In this document: positions 13,301 to 26,141 of the stretch, piece by piece | Numbering within the stretch: the stretch's first letter is position 1 | Layout of the letters: each line of letters starts with the position of its first letter | Source of the DNA: Raillietiella orientalis | Lineage: Eukaryota | Length of the DNA: 64,000 nt | Assembly (NCBI GenBank): GCA_036172245.1 | Contig: JAYWIR010000036.1 | Span: 372,001 to 436,000, forward strand | Reading direction: 5' to 3' | Translations under genes and position numbers: made by a program | The notes under the pieces: generated by a model | Databases searched by the model: none | Seen by the model: the letters and a program-made list of their open reading frames with translations, nothing else | Told to the model about the DNA's origin: nothing

Positions 13301-16300
13301 AGAGCGAGGCTGGTCAGCACTCCGTCCCGTCTCGGATGGCACGGAAGAGCTGGCGAGGCTTCGCCGTCGCTGTTTTCTCGGAGCGCAAGAGGGGTGCAAC
13401 CTCCACAGGACGTCACCCCTCGGTGGAGAGTCTTCTTGTCGGTGCTCCGCTTGGCCAAATTCACGTTGGGTCTGTCTTGTGCTTTCTTTTCTTGCTCTGC
13501 AGTTCTGGCAGGTCTCACCTACCATCCTCAGCTTTCGGTTCGGATGTTGTCGGCTCCAGCCCCACGCCCTCGCTCTAAGGAAAGGAATTCTGTCTTCCGG
13601 TCGCTGCAGCTTCACCTCCGTCACTGAAGGAACCCTGATGGTGCTTTTGCTCGTTCTTCACGCGACAGGCACGGGAAAAGCCTCACGAGAGTGCTCGGGT
13701 AGATACGGAAGGAATGGCGAGGGCTGGAAGAATGCCCCTTTGGTTTCCTCGTTTTTGCGGTGGCTGGACGTCCCTCTTCGTCCGCCTCTTTCCTGTGCTT
13801 CCTCGCCTAGGAAGAAGAAGACATCGAGTCTCGTCTCCGTGCCTCCTCTTTTCGCAGCGAGGAAAGGACTTCCACAGGTCCTCTCAGATCCCCTTTCTCT
13901 TGGCGAACCCGCTGCCCCATTCCAAATCTTCTTGCTGGTCTCTCTGCGTGAGCGAACCTTCCAGGGAAAAAAAAAGGGAATGCAAAAAAAAAAAAAATCC
14001 TTCCTTCCTCCTCCTCTTCCCTTGTTCCCGTCTTTGCTTTCCCTGTTCCCGAGGAAGATGTCGTTCGACCGTGTTTCTTTCCCATCTCATGTTACTCTCG
14101 TTTTGCAGCGTGTCAGAACCCACGCCCGCTGGGACTGACCGACTTTCGGATAGCCGACTGGCAGCTGAGTTCCAGCTCATCCCATCCATCGTGCCGCGTC
14201 AAGCACTGCAGACTCCATCAGGGCAACGGTTACGCATGGTGCCCGGAGAAGGCCCAAGTAGGAGAATGGCTGCTCGTGGACTTGGGAGTCTTGTCTGAGG
14301 TCATTGGAGATTTCAATTTTGGTTGTGGGGAGGACTGTGTATTGCATGTGTTGTATTGATGACGGCGAGTATACTTCCTATATCTGGACTTGGTCTTCTG
14401 AGCGGGCGCTGGAGAGAAACCAGCTCAGAAGGCAACCGTTCACTTTTTGGGTGTCCTTTTCCCCTTTCTCCTTTCGTTTTTCCCTTCACACTCCTCTCCT
14501 CTAACTGCAAGAGACTCCTTGGAGCGCGAGGAACGTGTTCTTTTTCTTCCTGCCTGGACAGCGTGGTCTGGAAGAACCTCTGGCTCAGAGCCAGCTCGGG
14601 TGCAGTGGAGGAAGAAATCTCCTGCAGTGTTTACGCCGAAGCAGAGAGCCTTAAACGTTTCTTCCTGTTCTTGGCTGTACCACTGAGACCAAAGCTTTCA
14701 GTGAAAGCTGAAGATGCTAAAGGAGGGCGGAGAAGCAACTGGTTTTGAATTGCCGCATCCGAATGGGACGTTTCGAGGAAGGAGGAGAAGGGAAGAAAGA
14801 GAGAGGCAATTTTATCGCAGAGAGGACGAGGAGGAGGGGGTCTGACGACTGCTTGAACCACCAACCTCCTCTCGGTGCTTGCATCTGAAGAACTAGGGCT
14901 ACACCCTCTCCTTTTCTAGCTCGCTGAACATTCGTAGGTCATTTTTTGCCTGAGAAGGAGTAGTAGAGATGATGGAATCATTCGCGCATAGTGCTGCGCT
15001 TTATTTATTTATCTTTGGAGAAAAGGGGTATCCGTTGCAAAAACACCGCTTGCTGCCTTTGTCTCTTCCCTTTTGGCCTCCTGCACTCGCGACCTGAGGC
15101 TGTGTTGTCGTATTGCGTTGAGGCATTGGGAATCGGAGGCAAAGTGTATGCGTCTCGAAACCGCATCGAGGGATTGGTCAACTGGGGTGCAGCCAAAACA
15201 CAGGGAGTGTTCGTGAAGCAGCCACTTTGTCCAACAAAGTGAGCTGAAGAGCTCACAGCATCGTGAAAACCGCAAGTGCGGTCAACATGCGTGAGACAGC
15301 CGCGTACAGAGTGTTGCAAAATCAACGTGTCCGTCGGACTGCATGCGCAGCATCGTGAACGAATCCTTGGTGAGCGTGTACTAGGAAAGCATGTTGGCAC
15401 TCACATTCACTCGTCTGCTTCTGGGAACGAGCCACCGCAATCAGCCGGCACACAATTTCGGAAGACACTCCGTGAGTGCGGTCGGAAGCCCGCAAAAACC
15501 GAAGCAGCTGCGACAACCGGGAAATTTCGAGACCTCCTTGAACTTGTCTCCGCGCCTCTTTTTCTCCTCCTCCTCCTGCAGCTTCGAAGCGAGTAATCTA
15601 CCAGATATCCCTGGATCCTATGAAGTCAGCAAAGAGGGAAAGTGGAGGCTACTAAATCCAGCCCCAGAGCTGCAAGAGGCATTCTCACTCGTAAAAACAC
15701 GGTTGCGTGAAAATGTAATCTCAATCACGCAAGAATTGCTTCAGCGTACGGCGCCCTCTGTGCTGCGTACGTGCATAAAAGACATTGGGTGTAGGCTGCG
15801 TCCCAGCTTTCCTCTTGGTAGCCAGTTTCGTGTTTGCACGAGGGAGAACCACCGCCGCTCAGTCGGTAACCTGACCAGACCAAGCGGAAACACGATCTCT
15901 TCGCCAATGGCCTTTTTTTGTTTGCAGAGGAAAGATAAACAGGCGCGAAGCCAAGAGTCGATTGATCCGAGGCCTGAAGGTGACAACCAGCCAGCAGCAG
16001 GGAGGAAAGTCTGGGATGGCACTGCAAGCGCCAGGAAAATGGTCATGTGAGTGAACGGTGATTCCTGCGAATCGCTCAGCGGCGCTGGCAGTGCTGCTGA
16101 AGAAGCGCGGCGTGCCCGTGGCTGCAGTCGACAGTTCGTTTTCGGTGGATTCTGCGTGGCGTCCGCGATTGGCCGTTACGTTTAAGAAGTTCGTTACGTT
16201 TTGGCTCCGGGAATGGAGTCGGTCAGTTTTCTAGGGAAACCCATCGTGGCGCTTCAGAACGTGACTGCGTGGACTGGAAGGAAACGAGCCATTTTTTCTC

Positions 16301-19300
16301 GAGCGCGGGTGATGGATTTGCTCGCACTTTTTCCGCCGAGCTGGTAGCAACTCGTGAGCGTTCCCAGGGGAGTGCAGGAACTCCTCCAATCATTCGAAAT
16401 AACGACTGTGGATTACGACCATCGAGATTTGTCAGCAAGCTCGTTTTCTGCGCTTGAGAGCCTCGGATACCAAGGAATGGATCTCACTGAAAGAAGTGGG
16501 AATGTCTTCAATGTTCGCTCGCTCGTTCGCAGATGCCTCGACGCAAACATTTACTCCAGTGACGATGTCTTCATCAACCTTTTCCCTCTTCCTCATCTTC
16601 CTGCTTGCCGTTTTTTTTTTTTGTTTTCCTCAGAGAGCAAGAGCTCCTCTATCAGTTCTGATGGACTGTCATCACCGGAGAAAATTAACTGTGCCCGATC
16701 GCTTCGCTGCTCTTTGCGGACAAACGGAAGCACGTGTTTGTCTTTTGGTGTGTGACTCGCACCGCCAGCAGGCGGTCGCTTCCGAGAGAGAGCGAGGATG
16801 AAGAGCTCAGAATTTTCATCGAGTCGCCTGATTTTTGCTTCTTCGTTTGTTCAGTCTCTGGGGTAGAAGAATATACTTCACGCACACGATTTCCCTCTAG
16901 TGTGTATTGTATGTGTTTGTGTGCGCGTGCGTGCGTGTCGGGGAGATAGAGGGAGGTAGGAGATGGTAGAGGAGAGCAAGGAGACACCCACACGCCTCAG
17001 AGCGGGATGTGGACTCGCCTCTCGCGTGCCTCTGTTATTCCAGGCTACATATGGGGGAGGCTTCGTAGCGGCAGGTTCGAGAGCGAGTTTTATCCTGGAG
17101 ATGGGAGCAGAGATCCGTTTCTTTCTGCTGCTGCGTGCACCCAGCTTCGTGGACGGTGATGCGGGCAAACCCGAGGAATGCGAGCGGGCTTTGAGCATGT
17201 CCACTTGCTGTCTGCCCTGCCCTCTTTCTCATCTAGAGACTTCACGAGAATTCCGATAAGCATAGCAGCAGTTATCTGCGGAATGCGCTCGACATCCCGT
17301 AAACGACACGGTAGACAGCTTCCGCTGTCTACCGTGGGTCATCTACAGGGAGACAGTTTGTTTTTTTTTGTAAATTCTTTAGGAAAAGTTGGATCTGCTC
17401 AGTCATAAAGGCGCATAAGTTCAAAGAAAGAAAGAGAGCACTAAGTCTTTCGACTTTCACTTTCACTCGTTCGAGTGCCGATTCTTCTCCAGAATGGAAG
17501 GAAACCAAGCGTGTTCCTTCAGGAAGAAGTCTTTCCCCGCCCTGATTAAATCGTGTTTTTTTGCGTGAGGTTCCCAAGTCCCTGCTGGCATTTTTTGTTT
17601 TGTTTTGTCTTGCCGTTAAGCGGTCACGCTCCAGTCCTCAGAATAAAAGAAGTTCACCTCTTCTTCCGTTCGTAACATTCTCGTCCCAGTCGACGACAGC
17701 TGTCACGACGACGAGAGCTACTTTGCCTCCGTACTTGAATGAGATGGAGTTCAGCATGATTTCAGGAGTGCAGTTTCTTGGATCTTGCTTGAGGATGCCA
17801 CCGGTTTTCCTCCTGTGTTTTGGAAACAATGGAAAGCAAAGCAAAGCAAAGAATTCTCCTCCTCTTCCTTACCCGTCTTGCTTCCCTAACACTTCTCGTC
17901 TTTTACGTCTTCTCTTCCCACCTCTCCTTGTGGCTGTCTGCTGGTCTTGTTCCTTCCGACCTCCCCTCACGTTCGCCCTGCTCGTCGCTGTTGATGGGGA
18001 AGACAAATGAGATCGGAGAGGGTGCTATCCACCTGGAGACTCGGTATGAGACGTGGCCGGGGTGTTTCATTTCTTGATCCTTCTCCATGGCGATCCGCTC
18101 GATGTCTCTCTCTTCGTGAACCTTTTCCCGAAGCTGGGATGCGCTTCCCATCCGCACAAGACGGAATCAATCAGAGAGAGTCCCATCTATCCATTCCAGG
18201 TGCTCCGGGTGTTTTCCATTCACGCTGTGGGGTCTTCCTCGAAGGCCCTGACTTTAAACCGGAATGGAGCGAAGTGGTGAGCGTACGCAAAAAAACCGAG
18301 CTAACAAAAAGTTCGTGACAGAAACGGATGCTCCTGTTATTTCCCCTTTTTTTTCTTTTTGGTGTTTCATTTTCACGCCACGTTGGCCTTGCGTGGGAGG
18401 GGAGGAAGGCTGGAAATGGACCGCAGCAACGAGATCGGCTGAGGCAGAGCGCACGGCGAAGTCATTTATGAGCAGGCGAAAAGAGTTGTTGCTAGCAGAG
18501 GGGTCCTCACCGACAAGAGACCGACAGACTGAAGGAAGGCGAGAGAGAGACACAGAGGGGGGGGAAGCAGCAGTGTGCCTCTCGAGCGCCAAGGAGACAC
18601 CGCGCCGGCTGACTTCCATCGCCGTCTTGCGCTGCTGGGTGTTTCGCTTCGCGTCGTTTGAGCAGAGAGGACGGGGAGGGAAAGCATTGGAAAGGAGAAA
18701 GAAGATGCCCTCCCGCCTGTGCCCCTCCTGTGCCCTGTGGCACCCCCGAGGAATTCTCACTCTGCAGAAGTGCACTGGAGCTCCCAGTCTTCTTCTTCCT
18801 CTTTCTCCTCCTCCTCCTCCTTTTTTTCGTAGAGCTCTGTTGTCACGCTGTGGGTGTTCCAGTAAAGGAGAGCAAGAGAAGGCCATTTCTTGAGGCTTTG
18901 AGATAAAGTCGGAGGCGCTCTTCAGAGAGCTGGAATGGTGGAAAGGCGTTCTTCCTGGATACAGAGGGCTTCAACGGCGACCACAGTTTCGTTCAGGAAG
19001 AGAGCGGAAGGGGGACGAGAGTCGCGAAGTCTCCAGCCTCCTTCCCGCAGCTGTAGAAGGCAGCAACCACTGTTTCGGGGGGGAGGGGGGGGATTACGTG
19101 GAGGGGCTGCGACCGTGGAGAGTTTCTTTCCGCTTCGAAGGCCTAGACACGATGTGCTAAGATGAGCGCTGCAGGGGCATTCCGGCAACGGAGGGAGGCC
19201 ACAGTTTCGTTCCGACGGAAGCGGAACGACTGTTTCATCCTCCTCCGACTTTGGAGAGGCTGCGGAGGTCCTTCCCTCCTTTTCCTTCCCCCCTTCCCTC

Positions 19301-21995
19301 ATGCTCTCCCTCCATCTTTCCACCACCTTTCGCAGCCTCGCTCCTTTTCACTGGACTTTTCTCTCCCTTCCCAGATAGTGGGGCTACAGACCCAGGGCCG
19401 AGGCGGTGGAAACGAGTGGGTGACGGTGTACACGCTGATGCATAGCGTAGACGCCTTCCGGTGGAACTTCGTGCGCGACGTGTACGGGAAGAGGAAGGTG
19501 AGCGTCGTGCGCCGGAATGACCTGAGATCGCCGCTTTCACCCGCACTCACGCAGCACTCATGCAGCGTTTTAGCGCCAACACGAATGCGCACGACGTGCG
19601 CCACAACTATCTGGACGAGCCAATCGTGGCGCGCTTCCTCAAGGTCTACCCCTTGGACTGGCACCACTACCCGAGCATGCGGCTGGAGATACTCGGCTGC
19701 CAAGGTCAGCAGGGTGGAGGAGCGCGTCGAGAGAGGTCGCGCTTTCCTGTGTGCTTCCTCTTCCTCTCTGCTTCCTTCTTTCGCCATACCTCTCCTTCTT
19801 CCTTCTCTTTTTTCTTTCCCGCTTCGCGTGCCTCGGCCGCCGACCTCACCGCTCCCCGCTGCTTCCTTCAACAGATTGCAACAGCGTCATCACGGTCCTG
19901 CCGTACGTGAAGATGTCGGCCAGCACCCACTCTAGCAGGAGCAAGGACTCCAGCTGCAGGCCCGAGGACGCCGACATCTACGGGAACGGGGCTTGGTGCG
20001 CCAGGATCCACTCTGGTAAGACTCCCCGGCCCCACGGGTCCTTCAGACACGCGTCGCGTGTTTCCTCCCCCGTTTGCAGGTCAGCCCTGGCTTCAGTACG
20101 ATCTGGGCGTGTCCAAGACTGTGACCGGGTTGATAACGAAGGGCCTCGGGGGGTCTGGGAGGAAGAACTGGGTGCGCAGCTACGCCCTCGCGTACAGCAA
20201 CGACTCGACTGTGTGGTACTCGTACAGGGACGCGCAGCACTTGGAGATGAAGGCGAGTGTCTAACGTCACCCTCTCCATCCTCTTTTTCCACCCTTCTCC
20301 GTCGCTCCCTCACGAAGTTCATGGATCCGTTTCCCCTCTTCCAGCAGGTCTTCGGCGGGAACATGGACCGCGACACAGAGAGGAGGCATTACCTTAACAG
20401 CCCGTTCTCTTCCCGGTACGTCCGCTTCTACCCGCTCACGTGGCACAAGCACGTGGCTATGAGGGCCGCCATCATTGGCTGCCCGCACTCCGGGGAGTGC
20501 GGTACGGGATTCTTCCGAGTGAACAGGAACGCCGAGTGCGGTGAGTCTTTCCTTCCGTCCGAGTCTTCCTCGTTCCCTTCGTCGCCGCGGGAACGGTTTC
20601 TAGTCCGCTGCTGCTCGTTTTCCGTTTTTGTTGCACTTTCGTCCCCATAGCAACCGCCACGCGCGGGACGAACGGGAACCCTGTGCGCCCTCACTATCGA
20701 GTTTTGCTGGGCGGGGGGGGGGGGAGTCAGAGGGAGGAGCTTCCCCCCTCGGGCATTCGAAGGTCGTTTACCATTCCATGGTACCCGTAGTTACGTCATA
20801 GGGGCACTTCCCGCTATGGTTAGCAGCTGTCCATCGGCATTTCCGAATTCCCGACACGGATGCTTCTGCGTTCGTCCATTCTTCCTCCTCCTGACTTCGC
20901 CGCCGCGCTATCCGTCGGATCGCTGTGGCGCTCCCGAGCCGGGGGGCGGCGGCTCCACTTCTTTGCCTCCCTTTCCGCTCTTCGGAGCTCCGACCAACCC
21001 AACTAAGGGGCGCCGGCTAGCTCACCTGGGAGAGGGACAGAAGCTTCCGGGCACCTCTCGCTGCTGTTGCTGGTAACCGTCGGCGCCTCCTGTGCGCAAG
21101 CTGAAGGGAGGGGGAAGGCACGAATGTGAGCCCCCTCTTGCCCCCCCTCCCCTCCTCACGGGAATTCTTCCATTCTGCAGTGGAGAACCTGGCCTACAAG
21201 AAGAAGACCTGGGTCAACGACAGGCGCTCGTCCTGGAAGGACTGGGAGTACGGCCACTCGTCCTTGGCGACCGACGGTGACCTCTCCACGACCTTGTCGC
21301 GCTGCGCCATTCTCGACAACTACTACAGCGAGGTGCCTCTGTGGATCGTGGACTTGGGGCAGGAATCGAGGGTCGAGGGCGTCATCATCCACTCCTGGAA
21401 TGGGGACGGAGAAGGTGAGCTCTCTCGCCCCTCGTATCTCACCTCCCCCCTTCCTTCCTTTCTCTCTCCCTCCTCATCATTCAGGCTCTCTCCTTTCCTC
21501 TCGCCGGCCGAGGGACATCTTTACGCCTTTTTTCGTGCGCCTTCTCCCCGTTCGGGCCCGCGTCCGGGGAGTAGGGAAAGAGAGGCCCTTCTTTCCTGGT
21601 TTTCAGTCTCCCCCCCTTCTCCCTGTACGCACTCTCCCCGGAGGGAGGCGGGGTGATGCGTGGAGGGTGGGGTACGTTTGCGCTACTCTTCCTTTGTGTG
21701 TGTGTGTGTTGTGTGTTTTGCAGACAGCACGATCGCTTACGACAGCTACGTGAGTCACCTGGACGCGATCAGCGTCCACGTGGACCGCACACTGCACCTG
21801 ACCAACTCTTCGCTGGAAGAGTCAGCGCTGTGTGGCCTCATCAGCAGGCGCAACCGTGCCGTCTTCTCCGCGCGCCTGCACGTGCAGTGCCCCCGCACCC
21901 TCCACGGTCGTTACGTCCACGTCAAGGCCGCGGGCACGGTCCCGCGCTGGGCTTCGGTGTTCAGCATGGTTCTCTGCGAGGTCATGGTGTACTGA
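4378..21995 (+). CDS. Secreted protein with two discoidin (F5/8 type C) domains and a C-terminal F-type-lectin-like domain (lactadherin-like), 9 coding exons, about 508 aa
   Basis: Exons with consistent splice phases: 4378-4438 (signal peptide MVYFLQIVAWISCLLVFSAS), 14109-14299 (CQNPRPLGL..IADWQLSSSS..AWCPEK..EWLLVDLG), 19375-19497 (IVGLQTQGRG..EWVT), 19566-19704 (..ARFLKVYPLDWHHYPSMRLEILGC), 19875-20015, 20080-20252 (PWLQYDLG..VTGLITKG..WVRSY), 20348-20540, 21181-21414 (ENLAYKK..ATDGD..WIVDLG), 21724-21995 (..GRYVHV..LCEVMVY*). Total 1527 nt, open throughout. Linking the first exon across 9.7 kb is inferred from phase and hydrophobicity. Confidence 0.9.
5440..5460. repeat. (CAG)7 microsatellite in intron 1 of the discoidin gene
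   Basis: Direct reading. Confidence 0.9.
7970..8760 (-). pseudogene. Highly decayed non-LTR reverse transcriptase relic (intronic)
   Basis: Minus-strand remnants KSLGETTPGP, NVVLLSKG..APIIKVN and PTLIAY resemble KAPGEDG, VRLLPKG..RPITTVN and PAVSAYADD of the better-preserved copies in this window. Confidence 0.35.
13400..13630 (-). pseudogene. Decayed LINE ORF2 C-terminal zinc-finger relic (intronic)
   Basis: AWGWSRQHPNRKLRMVGETCQNCRARKES resembles LHWGLPCNARRHHWTWGAVNPNCVRCGERE. Confidence 0.3.
15150..15950 (+). pseudogene. Possible decayed Ty3/Gypsy pol (RT-RNase H) relic (intronic)
   Basis: IEGLVNWG, HVGTHIHSSASGNEP and ELQEAFSLVKTRL occur in the order expected for Gypsy RT and its connection region; very degenerate. 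Confidence 0.3.
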
Positions 21996-22308
21996 AGCCA
22001 CCCACTCCCACCCACCCCTCTCTCGCCTTCGTGCACCAGGACGGTGAGGGCCTGCTCTCCCTTGTCGCTGCATGGGCCGTCAAGACCGAGCGCGCGCCAC
22101 GCCCTCCCTCCCACCACCTTCCTCCTCCTCCTCCTCCTCGTTCGGAGCGCCTCGTTCGCCTCCTCCCCTTCCCCCCTCCCAGAGTCTCCTCTGCGCCCGC
22201 TCCCGGCAGAACCTTCCCCGCCTCGCCCCTCCCGCCTTCCAGCCGGCAGGAAGCGTTTTGGCGGGAGCGACCGGAGTCGCGCGCAGCCGCCACCACCACC
22301 CCCATTTT

Positions 22309-22314
22309 AATAAA
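22309..22314 (+). promoter_or_regulatory. Likely polyadenylation signal of the discoidin gene
   Basis: AATAAA about 310 nt after the stop codon at 21995. Confidence 0.5.
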
Positions 22315-22559
22315 TTCCTGGTCGAATTCCCTGCAGTACTTTTCTCTCCCTCCCTCTCGGCCGTCCCCCGAGCGGCGAGCGAACCCAGGCAGGGGATCAG
22401 GAAAGGGGGGATCCTCTCCTCCAGGACTCTCCACAGGGCCTCGACTCGATTCGCACCCTGCTGCGGTTGCTGCTGCTCCTACCCTGGACTCTGATCCTCC
22501 TCGTCCCCGGGGGCTGAAGATGGTGATCGAAGAGCCGTAAGAGCGGCCATCTTTGAAGC

Positions 22560-22697
22560 ATCTACTCAAAATTGATGCTAAGGCCATACAAGGAGACCTG
22601 GCAACCCTGCCGAGCTCGTATCCGGGCACTCCTGCCGTGTCGGCTTATGCGGACAATCTTCTGCTACCGCTCCACGTGTTCACCCTGGAATCTGCAC
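22560..22697 (+). mobile_element. L1/Tx1-like RT fragment (catalytic motif region)
   Basis: DLATLPSSYPGTPAVSAYADNLLLPL matches TLAPLPSSCPGTPAVAAYADDLLLLL in ORF 52681-54363. Confidence 0.8.
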
Positions 22698-23560
22698 ACG
22701 ATTCTTACCTGGATATGCCGGGACATACATTTCGTAAAAAATAAACTGTCTTAATCTCTGTGGTTGGACCGCTGGTCCAACCACGTCCGTTCCAACGGGA
22801 GCCTGCTGGGTTACCGGTACGCAGACCTGTGATGTCCACCACAGCAGCAGAGGGGAAGGGACAAACAGAAAGAAAAGGAAAACAATAAATAGATAAATAA
22901 GCTTTGGAGGGGTGCGGGAAGAAATCACTGCTGGGGGCGTCTCTCTGCATCCTTTGAGGATGATAGCAACTCTTGCTGTATACAGTTCTTGAGATGGGGC
23001 CACTTAGGGTTGCAGCGTCCGTAAGCTAGCCCGTCGTCCACTCACCCATTCCTCCATTCGGAGATTTCAGCACTAACCTCCCGTCTGGCCGCAGGCTGCT
23101 GCCCATATGTTCCCTCAGGAAGGGCAGTGCAGCGACAAGGGAGGTTCTTCCTGCCCACGCACTCTTCAATGGGTGTTCCAGAATCTCAGAGAGCGAGCAG
23201 TTGCTATAGAAACAGTACATTAATCGCTGTGGCTGTTGTAGGCAACAAAAGCTGGAAGGCAAACAGCGAAGAGAGAAAAGAACGAGGCTGAGGGAGAACG
23301 GCGAGATATGCACACGGAAGAATGGACGACGACCACAGTCTGCCGTCTCTTTCGGAGCTTCTCCACCCCGAGCGGGGTTTGCCGGGAAAGGAGGCGGTCG
23401 GCATCGGATTCTCTCTGGCGCCGACCGCCGGAAGCGTGTCAAAGGCGGTGCCGCCGCCATCCACAGAGGCATCGCCGCGCAAGATGCTGTCGGTTTCGTT
23501 CACTCCTTTTGCCCTCTTTGAGGAAAGCAAGGGACGGCGACTTTCCGGGAGTGGTTGTCC
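22698..23560 (-). mobile_element. L1/Tx1-like 3' portion (ORF2 C-terminus and 3' UTR), Z-like, decayed
   Basis: YSNCSLSEILEHPLKSAWAGRTSLVAALPFL..GEWTTG; the 3' UTR at 22740-22950 aligns by eye with 57300-57510; decayed terminal motif at 22698-22733. Upper boundary approximate. Confidence 0.75.
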
Positions 23561-23599
23561 TTTTGACCTTCACCCACTCGATGGAAATCCACCTTCAGA

Positions 23600-24705
23600 G
23601 GCGAATTCCTCCCTCTTCCCTCTCTTCCTCCCCAGCTTGCCAGAGGCGTGCCGAGTCGAATCGCCGTGCGCTGAGCGACCGCTCGAGAGACGGGAGAGGC
23701 CGGTGGTGGGCACAAGCGAGGAGGGAGGGAGATCAGCCCATTTCCAAGAGAAAGCAAAAGATGCCAGCTGTACTTCATCAAAAAGTGAACCCCCAGGAGT
23801 GTTTCCTTCCGTTGAAAATAAGGAAACTTGCTTACGCAGTTGGACCGCCAGAACTCTGGGGTTACCCCAAAGGAATTCTTCGTTGGGAGGAGTTGCTGGA
23901 CATCCCTCCCGGAGAGGCGTAAATACTCCCAGTGTTCGTGGACAGCTCTGCGCCTCCCCTGGGATAGAGGGACTCGGCGTTGCAGTTGCTGAACTGGGCG
24001 ATCCCATGCAACGCGCGCGTCCACCATCGGACGAGGGGGAGTGCGGCTCCTGATTGTGACCAGGTGCGGGAAACAGAGGAAACCAACCCGCATCTGCTGT
24101 CGGATTGTGCCGTTGCCCTCCCCGGTGTTTGGGAACGCTTGGCTGCGGCCCTCCCGCTGTCGACGGCAGAGAGGTCTTGAGGCGCCTATTCGCGCGCGAC
24201 TCAAAGCCTTCGGCCTGCGGCAGCTTCCCTCGCAGATCCGCCGCTGCACTCGCAGGATCGTGGCGGCAAGAAGCCGCGCCTAAAGAAGCAGGTCGAAAAG
24301 CGAGGTCATCGCAATCGTCTGCTCCTTAATGAGGAAGGCAACAGGATGGCCACACCTCTGCCAACAAAAGGAGGAAGTTACTAACATCCTCCAGAGGATG
24401 CTGAGGACGCCAGGAAGAAATCTATGATCTTTTCCCTGCTCCCCTCCTCCAACACATTTTCAAACTGAACTTTCCTTTGTGTGTGTGTGTTTTGTTTTCG
24501 CTTACCCTCCGTCCCCCATCCCTCCTGTGAGGTTCCCTCCGTCGGGCGAGCTGCTCACCATAAGCAGCGCCTCCGAGGCGGCATTTCCCTTCGTAGTGGT
24601 GATGTGAAGACGCTACGAAGAAAGACGTTTTTTATATGTTATGTGACTGTTTTTTTTCCTATAAATATTTTTTTTACAATGAACGCCCCGGCGTGACCGA
24701 GAGAA
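23600..24705 (+). mobile_element. L1/Tx1-like 3' portion (ORF2 zinc finger, 3' UTR, terminal motif)
   Basis: PKGILRWEELLDIP, LLNWAIPCNARVHH..PHLLSDC, MRKATGWPHL; ends aatgaacgccccggcgtgaccg at 24678. Confidence 0.8.
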
Positions 24706-24709
24706 AAGA

Positions 24710-25000
24710 AAGGATGAGTCGTGAGTTCCAGTTCTTCCACCAAGATGGTTGGTCTGCAGGCTTCGGGGGAGGCACTGGTGGAGCCGGAAATCGGATGTAC
24801 CCGGGAATTAGAAGTCAACACTGCGGGGTCCTTCCGGGAATCGAGGAGCCCATCCGGGTTTACCCTCCGGTTGCGGAAATGGTAGCCGCCGTTCCCCTCC
24901 GCCGCGCACCATGGAACCGATGGATCGACGCCTCCCCGGGGTGTGAAGAAGCGCGCTGCTCCCTTCGGGAAAAAAAAGGCGGGAAGGCAAGCAGCGAAAA
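24710..25000 (+). pseudogene. Decayed APE endonuclease fragment
   Basis: IRVYPP / PSGCGNGSRR resembles NVYAPSGGCGYGERSR in ORF 55225-56157. Confidence 0.4.
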
Positions 25001-25099
25001 CAAAAGGGCTCTAATGCATTTAAGTGTACGAGGCTACTTAATAATGAAAGAGAAAAGAGCAAGTGTTCGAAAGACATGAGACTGTCAAAGACATGAAAT

Positions 25100-25520
25100 A
25101 TCTGGTTGCCATGGCCTGGGAAAGAACCAGCCCGTCAAACGGACAGCACGTACTTGCAAAATTGCTGGAAGACAGCCGCGCAGAAGAATGCAAGTGCAGC
25201 GAGCGCTTCGAGGGTGAGGGAAGGACTGGAAGGGCTTGAAATCCCCTCAGCTGAAGACTCGCCATCTGCCTGTGTCGGCAATTCTTCCCGCTCCTGATAT
25301 TCCAGGAGCTTTCGAGGATGCACTCGAGCCGCAAGAGGAGATGAGCAGCTCCTGGGGAGGCCGGTGAAGTCACGGAAGCGTTCCAGAATAAACCACGTGC
25401 CACAGGAAGGGTGAGAAGACACGCGACGGTGTGTTGGTGGCCGACCGCTCCAGCATCGCTTCTGCCAGATTCGCGGTCCGCAGAACACGTGCACGAGGAA
25501 CGGACTTCCGCGCACCCAAA
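25100..25520 (-). pseudogene. Decayed LINE ORF2 C-terminal relic
   Basis: AHLLLRLECILESSW and EALAALAFFC resemble PHLLVDC..W and ALAALCC. Confidence 0.35.
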
Positions 25521-25923
25521 GTAATGTACACGCATAGCCAAAAAAAAAAAGGATGGGACGCTTTCATAGAGGGCGCTCATGTCGGAGTGTGCCGAACAGT
25601 GAAAGGAATCCAAAAAGAACAGCGCCGCGCAGGGAATGAACGCGAACTCTTTCCCAGAAGAGGGAGACATGCCCGGAGGGGAAAACAAGCAACTACTCAT
25701 CGCCAAGGAAGACTCCGAAACGCCGCAGACGATCGTGAAAGTCGGCTGTCTCTTGCGTGACATCTCCCACCGTCTACCTCCTGTTTGTGTTTGCAGATCA
25801 TTTAGCAGCTACGGTGGTGCAAATAAAACCGGCGCACTTACCCGTCTTCCACTCTTCTTTTCCTCCTTGGTCGCTGAAAGTCAACAAGGGACTGATGCCA
25901 CACACATCGAATCCTTTTCGTTG

Positions 25924-26046
25924 CTACCACATACCTCACGTTTTCATGTGCCAATTTTTCTTTTTCGTTTTGTTCAATTTTTCAGCTACCACATGCGTCA
26001 CGTTTTCATGTGTCCATTTTTCTTTTTCGTTTTGTTCAATTTTTCA
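25924..26046. repeat. Tandem duplication, 2 x 62 bp
   Basis: ctaccacat(ac/gc)..tcacgttttcatgtg..ttttctttttcgttttgttcaatttttca at 25924 and 25986. Confidence 0.9.
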
Positions 26047-26141
26047 TTTTTTCCACCATTTTCGTCACAGTTATTTTTATTTTTAAAAATTCGATATCCC
26101 TTTATGCACTAAAGGTATATAATATATATAGCAACCATATA

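Noticed and set aside
25822..25843. An eighth terminal motif (aataaaaccggcgcacttaccc)
   Set aside because: Only a partial match, with no hairpin and no recognisable same-strand 3' UTR upstream.
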